DNA from: Amphiscolops sp. MND2022
Lineage: Eukaryota
Assembly: GCA_964187785.1 (NCBI GenBank)
Contig: OZ076409.1
Span: 15,130,001-15,194,000 of the forward strand
DNA length: 64,000 nt
Direction of reading: 5' to 3'
Part shown: positions 1 to 11,540 of the stretch, piece by piece
Numbering within the stretch: position 1 is the first letter of the stretch
Layout: each line of letters starts with the position of its first letter
Made by a program: the position numbers and the translations under genes
Notes under the pieces: model-generated
What the model was told of the DNA's origin: nothing
Seen by the model: only the letters and a program-made list of their open reading frames with translations
The model's database searches: none

Positions 1-1286
1 CAGTCGCTGGCGGAAAATAGTACACAGTTCCCCCACTAGTCACAGGTATCGGTTGTACGTTGCTGACCGGTGTGAGAACACCCGGATTTGTAAACACGCT
101 CGTCGGCGGCGGCCGGGTTGAAACTGTTGTGACAATCGGTGTCGTTTTAAAAGTTGAGTTCGGGAACGTCCATGCGGATAAGTTAGGTAGGATATGGTTC
201 ACCGGAATTAAGAATGTTGGCACCCTTGGCGGTATCCACGGCTGCGGGACGTGTGACAAAGTACTGGTTGACGGAAGGGTAGGCAATTGTTGTGAAATGG
301 CCGATGTTGATGGTCTTGGGACCGACACGGTGTTGTCCTGAAGTATAAGTGATGTTACAGCCTTTGCTACAGTAGTTGTACCCGCGGTTGTTGACGGAAC
401 CAAAGTTGTGGGTACATCAACTGTTGTGAACGCTTGGTTCGTACCGTCTGGTCTCAGTGTTAACATGTCGACAATACCCCGTGGCTGTAGAGATGTCACT
501 GCTGTTGTGGTAGCAATGGGCGTCGCAATGGCCATGGAAACCACTGCTTCCGGTTGACTGTTTTCGATAGTTACAGCCGGCGAGTTGTTGATCCATTTGC
601 TTATCCTTTGATTCTCTTTGGCTGCGCTTGCACCACTCAGTCGTGACAAAACTTCGTTCAAATCCTCGTTGGAGTCGGAAAGGTCATCTTGGAGTTCTAA
701 CTCCACAAGGTGAGCTTTTGCCAGTCGTTTCCGGTATTCCTCATGTAGCTGCTCTAGTTCGAGCTCTTGCTTCTGCTTAGCAAGTCGTAAGGCGCTTCGC
801 TTTGCCGTTTTTATCTCCTCTCGCTTATGCTGAGCAATAAGCGATTCGCTTTGCCTTTGACTGGATGACGTAGACACTTTGCTACTAGAAGCTTTACTGG
901 ATATCACCGTTCTGGAAGTCTTAGCTGACGATTGTGATGACCTTTCAGTGGTAGGGCAAAGGTTCTATGTACTCCCTTGCACTGATGAGAATTTCGTTAT
1001 TTTGGGCAGTGATGACGTTCAGCGATTTTTCCAAATCAGCCTTCACAGATTCAGGGTCACTTGTTTTCTGAGCCAGTTCGAGGGGCTGTTCATTCTTGAA
1101 GAACGCTTTAGCCATTGCATCTTCGCAGTAAGTGACCAACCCTTCGACGCGGACACTGACTTCAGTGTTGTTCACTGACTTCTTGACATCTTTATGAAAC
1201 TTAATAAGGTCGGCTTCAGCTTTCGCACGACTTTCAAACAACTTCTGTATTTTTCTCGCAAAATAGAGCAGACATGATGTTATCAA
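1..1286 (-). mobile_element. BEL/Pao-like LTR retrotransposon, N-terminal gag region (frameshifted near 945, runs off the window start)
   Basis: Minus-strand ORF 945..1286 continues in another frame as a coiled-coil (KREEIKTAKRSALRLAKQKQELELEQLHEEYRKRLAKAHLVELEL), then 'ISKWINNS' and a long P/T/S-rich tract. This layout is typical of BEL/Pao gag N-termini. A possible 5' LTR lies at ~1458..1695 but cannot be confirmed without its partner. Confidence 0.55.
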
Positions 1287-2779
1287 TATTTGAAATAGGT
1301 AGGCGTTTTTATCTTTTCAGACATCAACCAAACGATTAAATTTGGACACAGTTCAAGAAAAGGTTCGGTTGTAGGAAATATGGTGGTAATCGATGACAGC
1401 GCAGTATCCGAACCTTTTTTTCAGAGTATCAACCAGTCTGTCAAGACTGGACCCAACTGTAAAGAAGGAGAAAGAGCCGAAGAGACTTCAACTCATCAGT
1501 GAAGTTCGGACACTGTCTCTTCATCTAGAAGAAACGGAGGGGGGTTACTTACTGAGACGAAGACAGCGAGGAAGCCTTCTTTATAGCGTTACGTGCACGC
1601 TTGCTAGGTCTTTTGGGGAGACTTTTATCAGTTATTGTAGTAAGTGAGTTTTCTTAACGAGCTCTTTTCCCCCAAGCTCTGGGCTCTAATGCAACGCCTT
1701 GATTCAACGCCGAACGAATCTCGCGATCCTTTTGTTTTTTTTCAGAGATATGAAATCTTTGACGATATTGAACACTTTGATACCATGATCAGTTTGCAAT
1801 ATTTTCAGTTCTTCGAAAATGTACGGAGTGCGGTTATGTTGGCAATACACCAGAGCACAAAGCTTGTCCTGAAGGTTTTTCATTTTTTCAATTAGATCCA
1901 ACACTGATAAAGCACGGAAGTTAATGCTATCATGTTTCGAAATACTATTGTTCAAAACATCGTGCCAGATTGCAATGTCTTTTTCATACTTTAGATCTTT
2001 AGAAAGTAAATTTTGAACAATCTTTTTGGGGTTTTTCATGTTTGGATTAAAACTTAGGCCCGGGTTGGTATAAATTCGTTTTGAAATTGTTCTTTTGCTT
2101 TGGGAGACAAAGTTTCTAATGCATGGTGTAAAAAACTAGCGGCCAAAATCAAAAGCCTGCGTGTTTTTGCTCAAAATGATTTTTTTCACAACTTTTATTG
2201 ATCCGAGAAACAGTTTCGGATGAATTTGTTTTTCAACTGAGCGAACCAGCAAAAAATTTTTACGTTTGAGCAAAATAAAAATAAATCGGAGACAAAAGTT
2301 TTTCTCAAGAATCTGCTATCTCGAAGAAATGAACTTCAAAAAATTTTACAAGTCTCATGTTTTTTTCTGTTGCTCATGACCAGGGGTTCATCTGCGGGAT
2401 GAAGTGCCGAAGAAAAAACCACATCATATCAATTGTCTCTTTTCAGTAATGAAAGTAGAACCAGTTCCTGGAAAAAAGTTATATTTTGAAGGAATAACTC
2501 GGGGAACAAATCCTGGTCTCGTCACCATGAAGAAACTGTAAATTCGGCTAATACAGTACGTATATTTGAAAGAGATCAGTCAATAATGTAACAGTTGTAT
2601 TGCATCAACGTCGGTAAACAAGAGTTGGAGATGGCAATGCCCCTTTTTTGTAATGTTAGAAAAAACCATACATCATTTTTCAGTTTGCGGGAACAATTTT
2701 GCAAACCAAGTTTTGTTTGTTTCACAATATCAAAAATTTGACTCATGCTTTGCATTCAGGCATTTTTTGTTACGCAACA

Positions 2780-2908
2780 GTCATCGAGCTTTGATGCATT
2801 GGAAAACATCTGGAACGAATTGAGCCATCGTCACCATTCTTCTTTCATACTTGAGCATTCCATATTGATCGGGGGAATTGGCGCTGAATAGTTGAGTGCT
2901 GTTGCCAT
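2780..2908 (-). pseudogene. Degenerate Gypsy-like gag N-terminal fragment
   Basis: Reads MATALNYSAPIPPINMECSSMKEEW*RWLNSFQMFSNASKLDD. The PP...W-x-x-W-x-x-x-F-x-x-F/Y-x-x-A pattern resembles Gypsy (Mag-like) gag starts; there is an internal stop. Confidence 0.35.
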
Positions 2909-2998
2909 CTTGGGAATACTTGGGTAACTAGTGGTACTTGGGTAACTAATCAGACTCGCCCAGAACAAAATGTCTTATCGGCTGCTGACTGCGCCAAT

Positions 2999-3160
2999 GT
3001 AGTGTCTTGACTTGATGTGGCGTAGAAGTAAAACAACTGATTCACGAACACATTTACTCAGTAGTCCAAACATAAAACCTGCATTATGTTTGAACTACTA
3101 AATAAATGTGTTCGTCAATTAGTTGTTTCACTGCTACGCCACGTGAGGTCAAGATACCAC
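2999..3160. mobile_element. Foldback/palindromic MITE
   Basis: Imperfect ~160-bp palindrome: gtagtgtcttgacttgatgtggcgtag...ctacgccacgtgaggtcaagataccac, with inner arms gtagtccaaacataa / ttatgtttgaactac. Confidence 0.6.
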
Positions 3161-3162
3161 AC

Positions 3163-3394
3163 ATACGATTCGTACAAAATTTTCTACAGTTGTTCTACAC
3201 CTAATTAGAGTCCTATATGGGCAATGGCATCAAAATCGTATAGCTGGGATGTTAGAAACAGCCAAAATACGCCCAAAAATGGCCAAAAAACAGTCATTTT
3301 TTGAATTTTTTTGATTTTCTCAAAAACTGTCCATACGATTCGAACGAAATTTTCTACAGTCATTCTACACCATATTATGTTACTTTATGTGCAA
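3163..3394 (+). repeat. Dispersed/tandem ~165-bp repeat family (other copies 12308..12730, 47395..47550)
   Basis: Shared motifs aaaactgtccatacgattcgaacgaaattt and catagccaaaattaacccaaaaatggcc recur in all copies. Confidence 0.7.
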
Positions 3395-4020
3395 CAAGCC
3401 TGATTGTTGTGATATGCTTGTTGAATAGCTTCAGCGATGGCAATGATTTGAACTTGAGACAACTGGACAACATCTTTGACGCCGTTTTGTTGGTTTGTCG
3501 CACTCGGGCTAAAAAAACCATCACAACTCGGTGAGATAACTCCATTTTTATTTCATTTTATCAATCCAAGGTTTTGTTCCATATACAGATTGCTTCACTG
3601 TTGTGATTGTTTTTTGGGGAGATTGGTACACACCCAAATGTGGTATTCCTGCATTTGCTTAGGTTTCGAGGTTGATTTGTGATGAAAAACAACGAAACCT
3701 GCAACGCTCCGAAGTGTCTGAATTCCTCAGGGTTGATAGACTGGATAAATTGTAGGCTTTGCAACGGTTGGGTTCACATAAAACTAGCCAATTTATCAAG
3801 AACGGAGGCCCGGCGTTTTGCCGAATTTCAATGTAGTAAGTGCTCTTTAGTGAACACAATCCCTCAGTGTCAGGATGATAACTTTAGACGAGACACCTTT
3901 TTTAATTGAGCCGTTGTTCACTTGAAAAGAGTTCCTAAAAATTCACGGATCCCCCTTAGCTGAGAACTTGATACCCAAAATTACCGATATTTGTAAAACC
4001 CCGTCAAATATTGCCTTGTG

Positions 4021-5378
4021 GTGTTTACTGTTCTCCTCTCTTAGCTATTTTCTGGAAAAACCACTTCGAGAAGGTAAACGTCAGCGGCCATCACTCAGTG
4101 CAAATATCAACAAGCGTATTGGGGATAGTGTCTTTGACAAAATACCGAAACGCGACAGAAAACCGCAGCAGAAAAGCGAGTTAGATGGACGGCTGCGTTC
4201 CATTTGCTTTAAATTAGACGAAGGTAATGTTAAGCCGGGAATCAGAATGACAGTAGGCGACGACAAAATTGCAGATTTCACGGTCGACAACTACGCTGCC
4301 CTTAAGCTGAAACATCCTCAGAGGGAAACTTGCTCTGTTCCGGACCCCACAGATATCGATGGTTCTCCAACCTCGAAGTTTTTTGTCCACAAGGCTCTCA
4401 TGTCCTTCCCCAATGGCTCTAGTGCAGGGTTCGATGGCATTTCGCCCCATGTTTTGAAAGATTTGACTGCCAAGTCGAACGGGCAAACTGGACTGAATTT
4501 TCTCAGAGCCTTAACAAATCTTGTGAATGTGATTCTCGAGAGAAAAGTACCTTTCGAACTTCGGCCGTACTTCTTTGGTGCGAAACTAATTGCGCTAAAA
4601 AAGCCCGATGGAGGATTTCGTCCTATCGCTGTAGGCAATACTTTCCGCCGGCTGTCCGCAAAATGTGCCGGATACCATGTCTTCGAATCACGTCAAACAG
4701 TGTTTACTGTTCTCCTCTCTTAGCTATTTTCTGGAAAAACCACTTCGAGAAGGTAAACGTCAGCGGCCATCACTCAGTGCAAATATCAACAAGCGTATTG
4801 GGGATAGTGTCTTTGACAAAATACCGAAACGCGACAGAAAACCGCAGCAGAAAAGCGAGTTAGATGGACGGCTGCGTTCCATTTGCTTCAAATTAGACGA
4901 AGGTAATGTTAAGCCGGGAATCAGAATGACAGTAGGCGACGACAAAATTGCAGATTTCACGGTCGACAACTACGCTGCCCTTAAGCTGAAACATCCTCAG
5001 AGGGAAACTTGCTCTGTTCCGGACCCCACAGATATCGATGGTTCTCCAACCTCGAAGTTTTTTGTCCACAAGGCTCTCATGTCCTTCCCCAATGGCTCTA
5101 GTGCAGGGTTCGATGGCATTTCGCCCCATGTTTTGAAAGATTTGACTGCCAAGTCGAACGGGCAAACTGGACTGAATTTTCTCAGAGCCTTAACAAATCT
5201 TGTGAATGTGATTCTCGAGAGAAAAGTACCTTTCGAACTTCGGCCGTACTTCTTTGGTGCGAAACTAATTGCGCTAAAAAAGCCCGATGGAGGATTTCGT
5301 CCTATCGCTGTAGGCAATACTTTCCGCCGGCTGTCCGCAAAATGTGCCGGATACCATGTCTTCGAATCACGTCAAACA
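4021..5378 (+). repeat. Direct tandem duplication, 2 x 679 bp, inside the CRE-like RT
   Basis: 4021..4699 equals 4700..5378. The ORF track shows identical peptides 679 bp apart. One substitution was noticed (ttt vs ttc at 4210/4889). Confidence 0.95.
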
Positions 5379-5516
5379 AGATGTGGAAATCGACAAGTAG
5401 GTGAAGGCACCAAAAGGGGCCCTGAATTGGCCTTACCAGTTTTCCGTTGTTTGATAGAAAGCCCAAAGAAAACGTAATTTTAAAAAAATGACTTTGAAAA
5501 CGCTGTCAATTTGATA

Positions 5517-6362
5517 GGGTGGGCGGAAATAGGTCGAAGGAACGGGATCGAAAATCAGAGTTAGTCCTCAAGTCGACATACCAAGTTTTTGAATGGGATC
5601 GAAACAACTCGGATCGAAATTTTTATAACGTAGTCAGATGTTCACATACCCCTAGTGCCCTGAATGGGAGTGTACGCCTTTGATCTAACTGCTTGGGTCT
5701 AATGGAATTAGATCTAATTGTTAGGTCTAACATTCAGATCTAATTTTATCTAAAAATACTTAGGTCTAACCCCTTTATGATCTAATATGTGTTCTGAATA
5801 TAATATGGGGCATATGCGATGTATGCACGCTCGCCCTCGCCGTTGCAAAGACCAGCTCCCGCTACGATCGCTTCGCGATCTCCGTTCCCGCTATGTCTTT
5901 GCTCCTGTTCGACCTCGCTTTGCAAGATGGGAATATAAGCGAGGCACTAGAGGAAATGGGGACATATCCGAGGCACTTTATATCCGATATACTTTATATC
6001 ACTTTTTAGTTTCAGATCCCAATTGACTTATTTTTTTTCTCAATTTAAATCAAACTAAAAGAGATTTTTAGACCTGAATATTTAGATCATATTATTTAGA
6101 ACTCAGTTTTGCCCCCTCTCTTAGATCTATTTCATTAGACCTGATTCCACGTAGCCACCTCAATGCAGGAGCGAAGCGAAGCGGAGCGACGTGCCATATG
6201 GCCATGCCTCAATGTTGCTACCTGGCGAAAGGAGCGACGCGACCGAGCCATACAACAAATACGACAAATTCCGACCGCATTCCATTCGATCCCTGCAATT
6301 TGATCAAATGGTTCGACCTCTGTCCTTTCGACCAGAAAAATTGGACCTATTTACAGCCACCC
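5517..6362 (+). mobile_element. Mutator-like MITE (family E, copy 1) containing a nested insert at ~5667..6156
   Basis: Imperfect TIRs gggtgggcggaaataggtcgaa / (rc) gggtggctgtaaataggtccaa. Perfect 9-bp TSD aatttgata at 5508..5516 and 6363..6371. Removing it restores the CRE RT frame. Confidence 0.8.
5667..6156. mobile_element. MITE with (a)gatctaa/ggtctaa subterminal repeats nested in family E copy 1
   Basis: Absent from family E copy 2. Flanked by degenerate 9-bp direct repeats ccctgaatg / acctcaatg. Subterminal repeats are inverted between the two ends. Confidence 0.6.
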
Positions 6363-6463
6363 AATTTGATAAACCGGCAATTCATGCTAGTGAAAGTTTT
6401 TGAAAAACACTTTGAAGTTTATAAGTACTCACACTCGGCGTACAGTCAGCCAAGTTTCCTTTT

Positions 6464-7740
6464 GGGGCGGGAATAACGTCTAAGGAATAACGTCTAAAGG
6501 AATAACGTCTAAAAGTTACTCATTTTTCAGGAATAACGTCTAAAGATTTAGACGTTATTCCCATTTTTTTAGATGTTCTTCCCGATTTTGAAATATTGTT
6601 TCTTGTGCTGAAAAGTTCTTCTCTTGCTCTATTTGGGTGGCTGTATATAAGTCGAATATTTCTGGTCAAAAGGACTGAGGTCGAACCTTTTGATCGAATT
6701 ACAGGGATCGAATGGAATGCCGTCGAATTTTATCGTATTTGTTGTATGGCTCGGTCGCTTCGCTCCTTTCGCCAAGTAGCAACATTGAGGCATGGCCATA
6801 TGGCACGTCGCTCCGCTTCGCTCCTGCATCCAGGGCACTAGGGGTATGTGAACATATCTGACTACGTTATAAAAATTTCGATCCGAGTTGTTTCGATCCC
6901 ATTCAAAAATTTGGTATTGTCGACCTGAGGACTAACTCTGATTTTCGATCCCGTTCCTTCGACCTATTTCCGCCCACCCGCTCTAGTTTTCAGGTAATAA
7001 CTTAAAAAAACCAGAAAAAACGCCAAAAAATATCCGAAAGTCATCGAAATACGACTGAGAAACGGGAAAAACAAGATAAATTGGAACCAAATAAATCGTT
7101 TAAGATCTAAAACTAAAAAGTGATATAAAATATAAAACGTGCTTCGGATATGTCCCCATTCCTTCTAGTGCCCCGCGGCCCCTTGGGGCCGCTTATGTTC
7201 CCATCTTGCTAAGCGAGGTCGAACAGGAGCAAAGACCTAGCGGGAACGGAGATCGCGAAGCGATCGTAGTGGGAGCTGGTCTTTGCGACGGTGAGGGCGA
7301 GCGTGCATAGACCGCATATGCCCCACATTTTGATATTTTCGCTTCCAGAAAGCCTTTTTCGAAACAGGAATAACGTCTAGAATTTTAGACGCTAGTTGAA
7401 AAAATGATTTATTTTATACGTTATTCCCGTTTTGTATTTAGATGTTATTCCTCAGACGTTCTTCCCGCTGCCACGTATTTTGATGATTTTTTGACATTTT
7501 AGACGTTTTTGCTAATCATAGACGTTATTCCCGTTTTTCAGACGTATTTTGATCGTTTTTTGACATTTTAAACGTATGTCATATTTAGACGTTCTCTTTT
7601 TAGACGTTATTCCTCTTTTTAGACGTTATTCCACTTTTTAGACGTTATTCCCGTTCATTTCAGATTTAGATGTTATTCCTTTAGAAGTGTTTCCCGGTGG
7701 ACTTTCAGACGTTATTCCTTAGACGTTATTCCTGTTCCCC
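6464..7740. mobile_element. Mutator-like MITE with gaataacgtctaa subterminal repeats
   Basis: Ends ggggcgggaataacgtctaaggaataacgtct ... agacgttattccttagacgttattcctgttcccc. 10-bp TSD gtttcctttt / gttttctttt (1 mismatch). Array of agacgttattcc units at 7420..7735. Confidence 0.75.
6635..6979 (-). mobile_element. Mutator-like MITE (family E, copy 2), inverted, nested in 6464..7740
   Basis: Reverse complement of 5517..5666 plus 6166..6362. 9-bp TSD gctctattt / gctctagtt. Confidence 0.8.
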
Positions 7741-7992
7741 GTTTTCTTTTTTATGGTGATTCAGTAATCAAATCTTGTGAAGGGACCCAGCAGCTTGTGA
7801 GACTCAGCCTAATTGTTGTGATAAACTTATTAAATAGTTTCAGACGCAATGCCGACTACTAGAACTGGCTCTCAATCAGACGAAGAGGGGTCCACCCACC
7901 TAATTGAATGTACTGGCAAGGGTCCCGACAAGGGAAAGGGATGCCAATCGTGGGTCCCCACATAGCTCCCGAAAAAGATCCACAAGGGTTTC

Positions 7993-8601
7993 ATGGACCG
8001 CCCCTTCCTATGTGGCTTCTGTGCAGCAGCTGAGGTGGCCGACTTGCAGTCCAAACTTGCCAAAATTACAAAAAAGCCTCAAATCAGCAGAGAGCTGTCC
8101 AGTCTTTTCAATGCCGATTCAAACCAGCAATATGGAAGGCGGGACAATGTCCGCATATTTGGGGTGGAGGAGGCACCAAATGAGGACGTGTATCAGGCTG
8201 TGATCGATGTGGCAGAAAAGGCGGGATGTCAGGTATCCAGAGCGGACATCAGCATCTGCCATAGGGTTCCCAGCAGAAATGTGAAGCCTGGCCAAGGGCG
8301 CCCTATCATTGCAAAATTTGTAAGGAGACAGACCAAAATCGGGCTGATGACCAACAAAAAGAAGCTCAAGGATAGTGAAAATAAATTTTATATCAACGAT
8401 GATCTCACGCTACTACGAGCAAGGCTGGCTAAGGCATTGAGGCAAAGACAAGATGTAACTTCTGTTAACATGATTAACGAAAAAATTGTGGTGTATCAAC
8501 AAAATGAAACAAAAACTGTCTTTGATAGCCTCTTCAAATTATATGAATGGGATCCTGATTTTGTCTACTCTGTATGCAAAAGTAGTCTACATTTTTGTTA
8601 G
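7993..8601 (+). CDS. LINE ORF1 (L1-type RRM/CTD-like; upstream Cys-rich part from ATG ~7849 broken by a TAG)
   Basis: QYGRRDNVRIFGVEE, ISICHRVP, RPIIAKFVRR and FYINDDLT are typical CR1/L2 ORF1 motifs. Confidence 0.8.
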   Translation: MDRPFLCGFCAAAEVADLQSKLAKITKKPQISRELSSLFNADSNQQYGRRDNVRIFGVEEAPNEDVYQAVIDVAEKAGCQVSRADISICHRVPSRNVKPGQGRPIIAKFVRRQTKIGLMTNKKKLKDSENKFYINDDLTLLRARLAKALRQRQDVTSVNMINEKIVVYQQNETKTVFDSLFKLYEWDPDFVYSVCKSSLHFC

Positions 8602-11540
8602 GGGGCCCTCTAGCTTACAAATTGAAACGTAAAAAATCAACGCCTAAACATAAAAACAACTTAAGAGAACAAAGTGTTGAGAATGAATGGATTTTTCATT
8701 TGAACATAAGGTCTATCGACTACAATTTTGAAGAACTAGAAACGCATATAGATACCTTTCGTGAAAACAAACCGTGTATTATTTGCTTGTCCGAAACATG
8801 GATGACTGAATCCTCAGACAAAAATGCCTACGCACTAGAATCTTATGCACCTATGGAATTTGATCCTGGTTCAACAAGAAATGAAGGTGTTGCAGTATAT
8901 GTCCATGAATCGCTGGCATTTGAACTTTTGGAGCTTAACATACAGAAAGATTCTATTCCTGATCTAAACTATATTGGAGTCAATTGTACCGCTAGGAATA
9001 AGGAAAAATTTACCGTTGTATGCTTAAACAATTCGCCTTCCGTAAATAAACATGATTTCTTGGATCAGTTTGAGTTACTTCTTGAGTCTCTTAGTCAAAT
9101 TAAGAACTACTATCTTATAGGCGATATTAATATTGACCTCTTGGAATGCAACCCTGTTGCAGATAGGTATCTTAAATTGTTGGAAATTCATGGTTGCGCC
9201 CAAGGAATTGAAGAACCAACCCGTGTAACGCTTGACTCAGAATCGTTAATTGATCATATAATCCATAATGACCACCAAAGACCTCTGGAATTTGGAGTTA
9301 TCAAGACGTATATTACAGACCATTTTGCAACCTACGTTGATTTGAATATAAGTAAATCTAAATCCATTCGTTCTCAACATTTTATTAAGGATAGATTGTT
9401 TCTCCGGGACGGTAATGCAACAAATCTCTATCTAAATTACTTAAAACATTGCCTGGAACTTGTAGACTTAGGACAGGACATCAATGCATCTACTGAATTG
9501 TTTGCCAATGCAATATCGGAAGCAGTTAATGCTTTCACAGTTGAAAAACAATCAGAACACCAAGATGCCGTAAGACCTTGGTTCACGAAGGAAGTAAAAA
9601 AGGCCTTAATTCGAAGAAATTGTAGTTTCCACAGATACAAGCGCTCTCAAACCTATCAGAACAAGCTACGCTTCACAAGAGCTAGAAATAATGTGCACCA
9701 GCAGCTTCGTAAAAGCAAGCGCGAATACTACGATTCACGGCTGAATGGGCTTATCAATAATCCTAATCGTTTCTACAAAGAACTAAACAAAATCACTGGT
9801 AAAACAACAAAAAATTCCAACTTTGTTATCAAGAATGATAAAAATGAATTGATTACGGATGATATTGATGTGGCCGAATCGTTCAATGAAAAAATTGTTT
9901 CCATCAGTAAAACCTTAGCTGCTTCAATTGATAATGTCCCATTCACGACTCATGGTATAAAAACTAATGAAAAATCACTATTTTTTTATCCAGCTGATGG
10001 CACTGAGATTTCGAGGATTATAAAAAATCTTAAGAACCATAAATCACCTGGTCTAGATGGATTGACTGCAGAAATACTAAAAGTGAGTCACGATGTAATA
10101 GTTGAAAAATTAACTCATCTCGTGAATGAATCGCTAAAAAGTGGAACATTTCCTCAGGTTTTGAAAGCTGCGAGAGTGGTACCAATATAAAAATCCGGCA
10201 AAAAATCTATACGTGAAAATTACAGACCCATATCTGTTTTATCAGTATTGAGCAAAATATTTGAACGTGTTGTGCTTGAACGATTATATAATTTCAAGGA
10301 TAAAAATAAGCTATTATACCCAAGTCAATTTGGATTCAGGTAAAAACTGAGCCCCATCCACGCTCTTTCCGATATTACAGAAATGATTAGGGATAATTCT
10401 AACCTCGATATTTCTTGTATTTTGCTTGATTTACAAAAAGCCTTCGATACAATAAACCATGAATTTCTCTTGTATAAACTCGAAGCATACGGTGTTAGAG
10501 GGGTTTGCTTGGATTAGTTCACATCATATCTAAGTAAACGAAGTCAATGTGTTTCAATTAACGGTAAAGTCTCAAAACCATTACTTATTGACTGCGGCGT
10601 TCCTCAAGGATCTATTCTTGGCCCACTGTTCTTTATAATTTATGTAAATGATTTCCCGAACTCGTGTAAAAACATTATTCCGTTTCTCTTTGCGGATGAT
10701 GCTAATTGCGTTTACGCGAGACCCAAAAATGAGACATCTACATTACAAGATGAAGTTGAACACATTCCTGGATGGATGGCTATGAATAAACTTAGTCAAA
10801 ATATTCCTAAAACTCAATTGGTCCAATTTTTAAACTGCAAAGATGAAAGCATAGTATTGAAAAATACTGAAATAACATGTACTGAATACGTTAAAGCCCT
10901 GTGTATCTTACTTGATAAAAATTTAACTTATGGTTTCCACGTCAAACGAGTACTGAATAAATTAGCTAAACATGTATCCATTATTAACCGTCTTAGGCAT
11001 TTCACCAGTAGTTCGGTAGTGATACGATATTATAAAACATACATGAAACCGATTATGCAATACGGACTCTTGATATATGGGTGCGCAAGGAAGAGTGTAC
11101 TGAATGATATATTTCTTGTTCAGAAAAAAATCCTCCGTATTACATATTTTAAAAACAGACGATCTCCATCGGATGAATTGTTCAAAAGAAGCGAAATTAT
11201 GAATGTTTTTGATCTATACGTATTTGAACTATTAAAATTCGCCGTGCGTTCTAGTAGAGAAAGTCAACTGCATAATATCAAGAGCGTATTTATCCACAAA
11301 AATTCACTTGATTTTACTCGGAGTGTTTCTTCCAATATGTTTTATGTACCTGAAGCACGAACGCAAGTTAGCCGACAATCACTAAAATATCGTGGAACTG
11401 TCTTACTGAATCATCTACTAAAAACGAAGCTATTACATCGCAATTATGAATCTATCGGTGAAAATGAGACTAAAAGACTGATATTAAAAAGTAAAAACAA
11501 AATAAGTAGCGAATGTCTGGCAGACATAGTTTTTTGTTAA
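8595..11540 (+). pseudogene. LINE ORF2 (APE endonuclease + reverse transcriptase) with in-frame stops
   Basis: APE motifs HLNIRS, CLSETW, GDINID, SLIDHI, ITDHF. RT motifs [40 protein letters not shown]. Stops at ~10188 (PI*), ~10341 (GFR*) and ~10516 (LD*F). Confidence 0.9.

Noticed and set aside
60..341. 93-aa plus-strand ORF
   Set aside because: Antisense to the P/T-rich gag tract.
5517..6979. One large foldback element with 350-bp TIRs
   Set aside because: Separate 9-bp TSDs show two independent inverted copies of the same MITE, with host RT sequence between them.
7420..7740. CRISPR-like array of agacgttattcc repeats
   Set aside because: Repeats are ~12 bp with irregular short spacers, there are no cas genes, the context is eukaryotic, and they are MITE subterminal repeats.
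10188..10518. Stop-codon readthrough or variant genetic code in LINE ORF2
   Set aside because: The stops are a mix of TAA and TAG replacing different residues, which fits ordinary decay. Host genes use TAA/TGA as normal stops.
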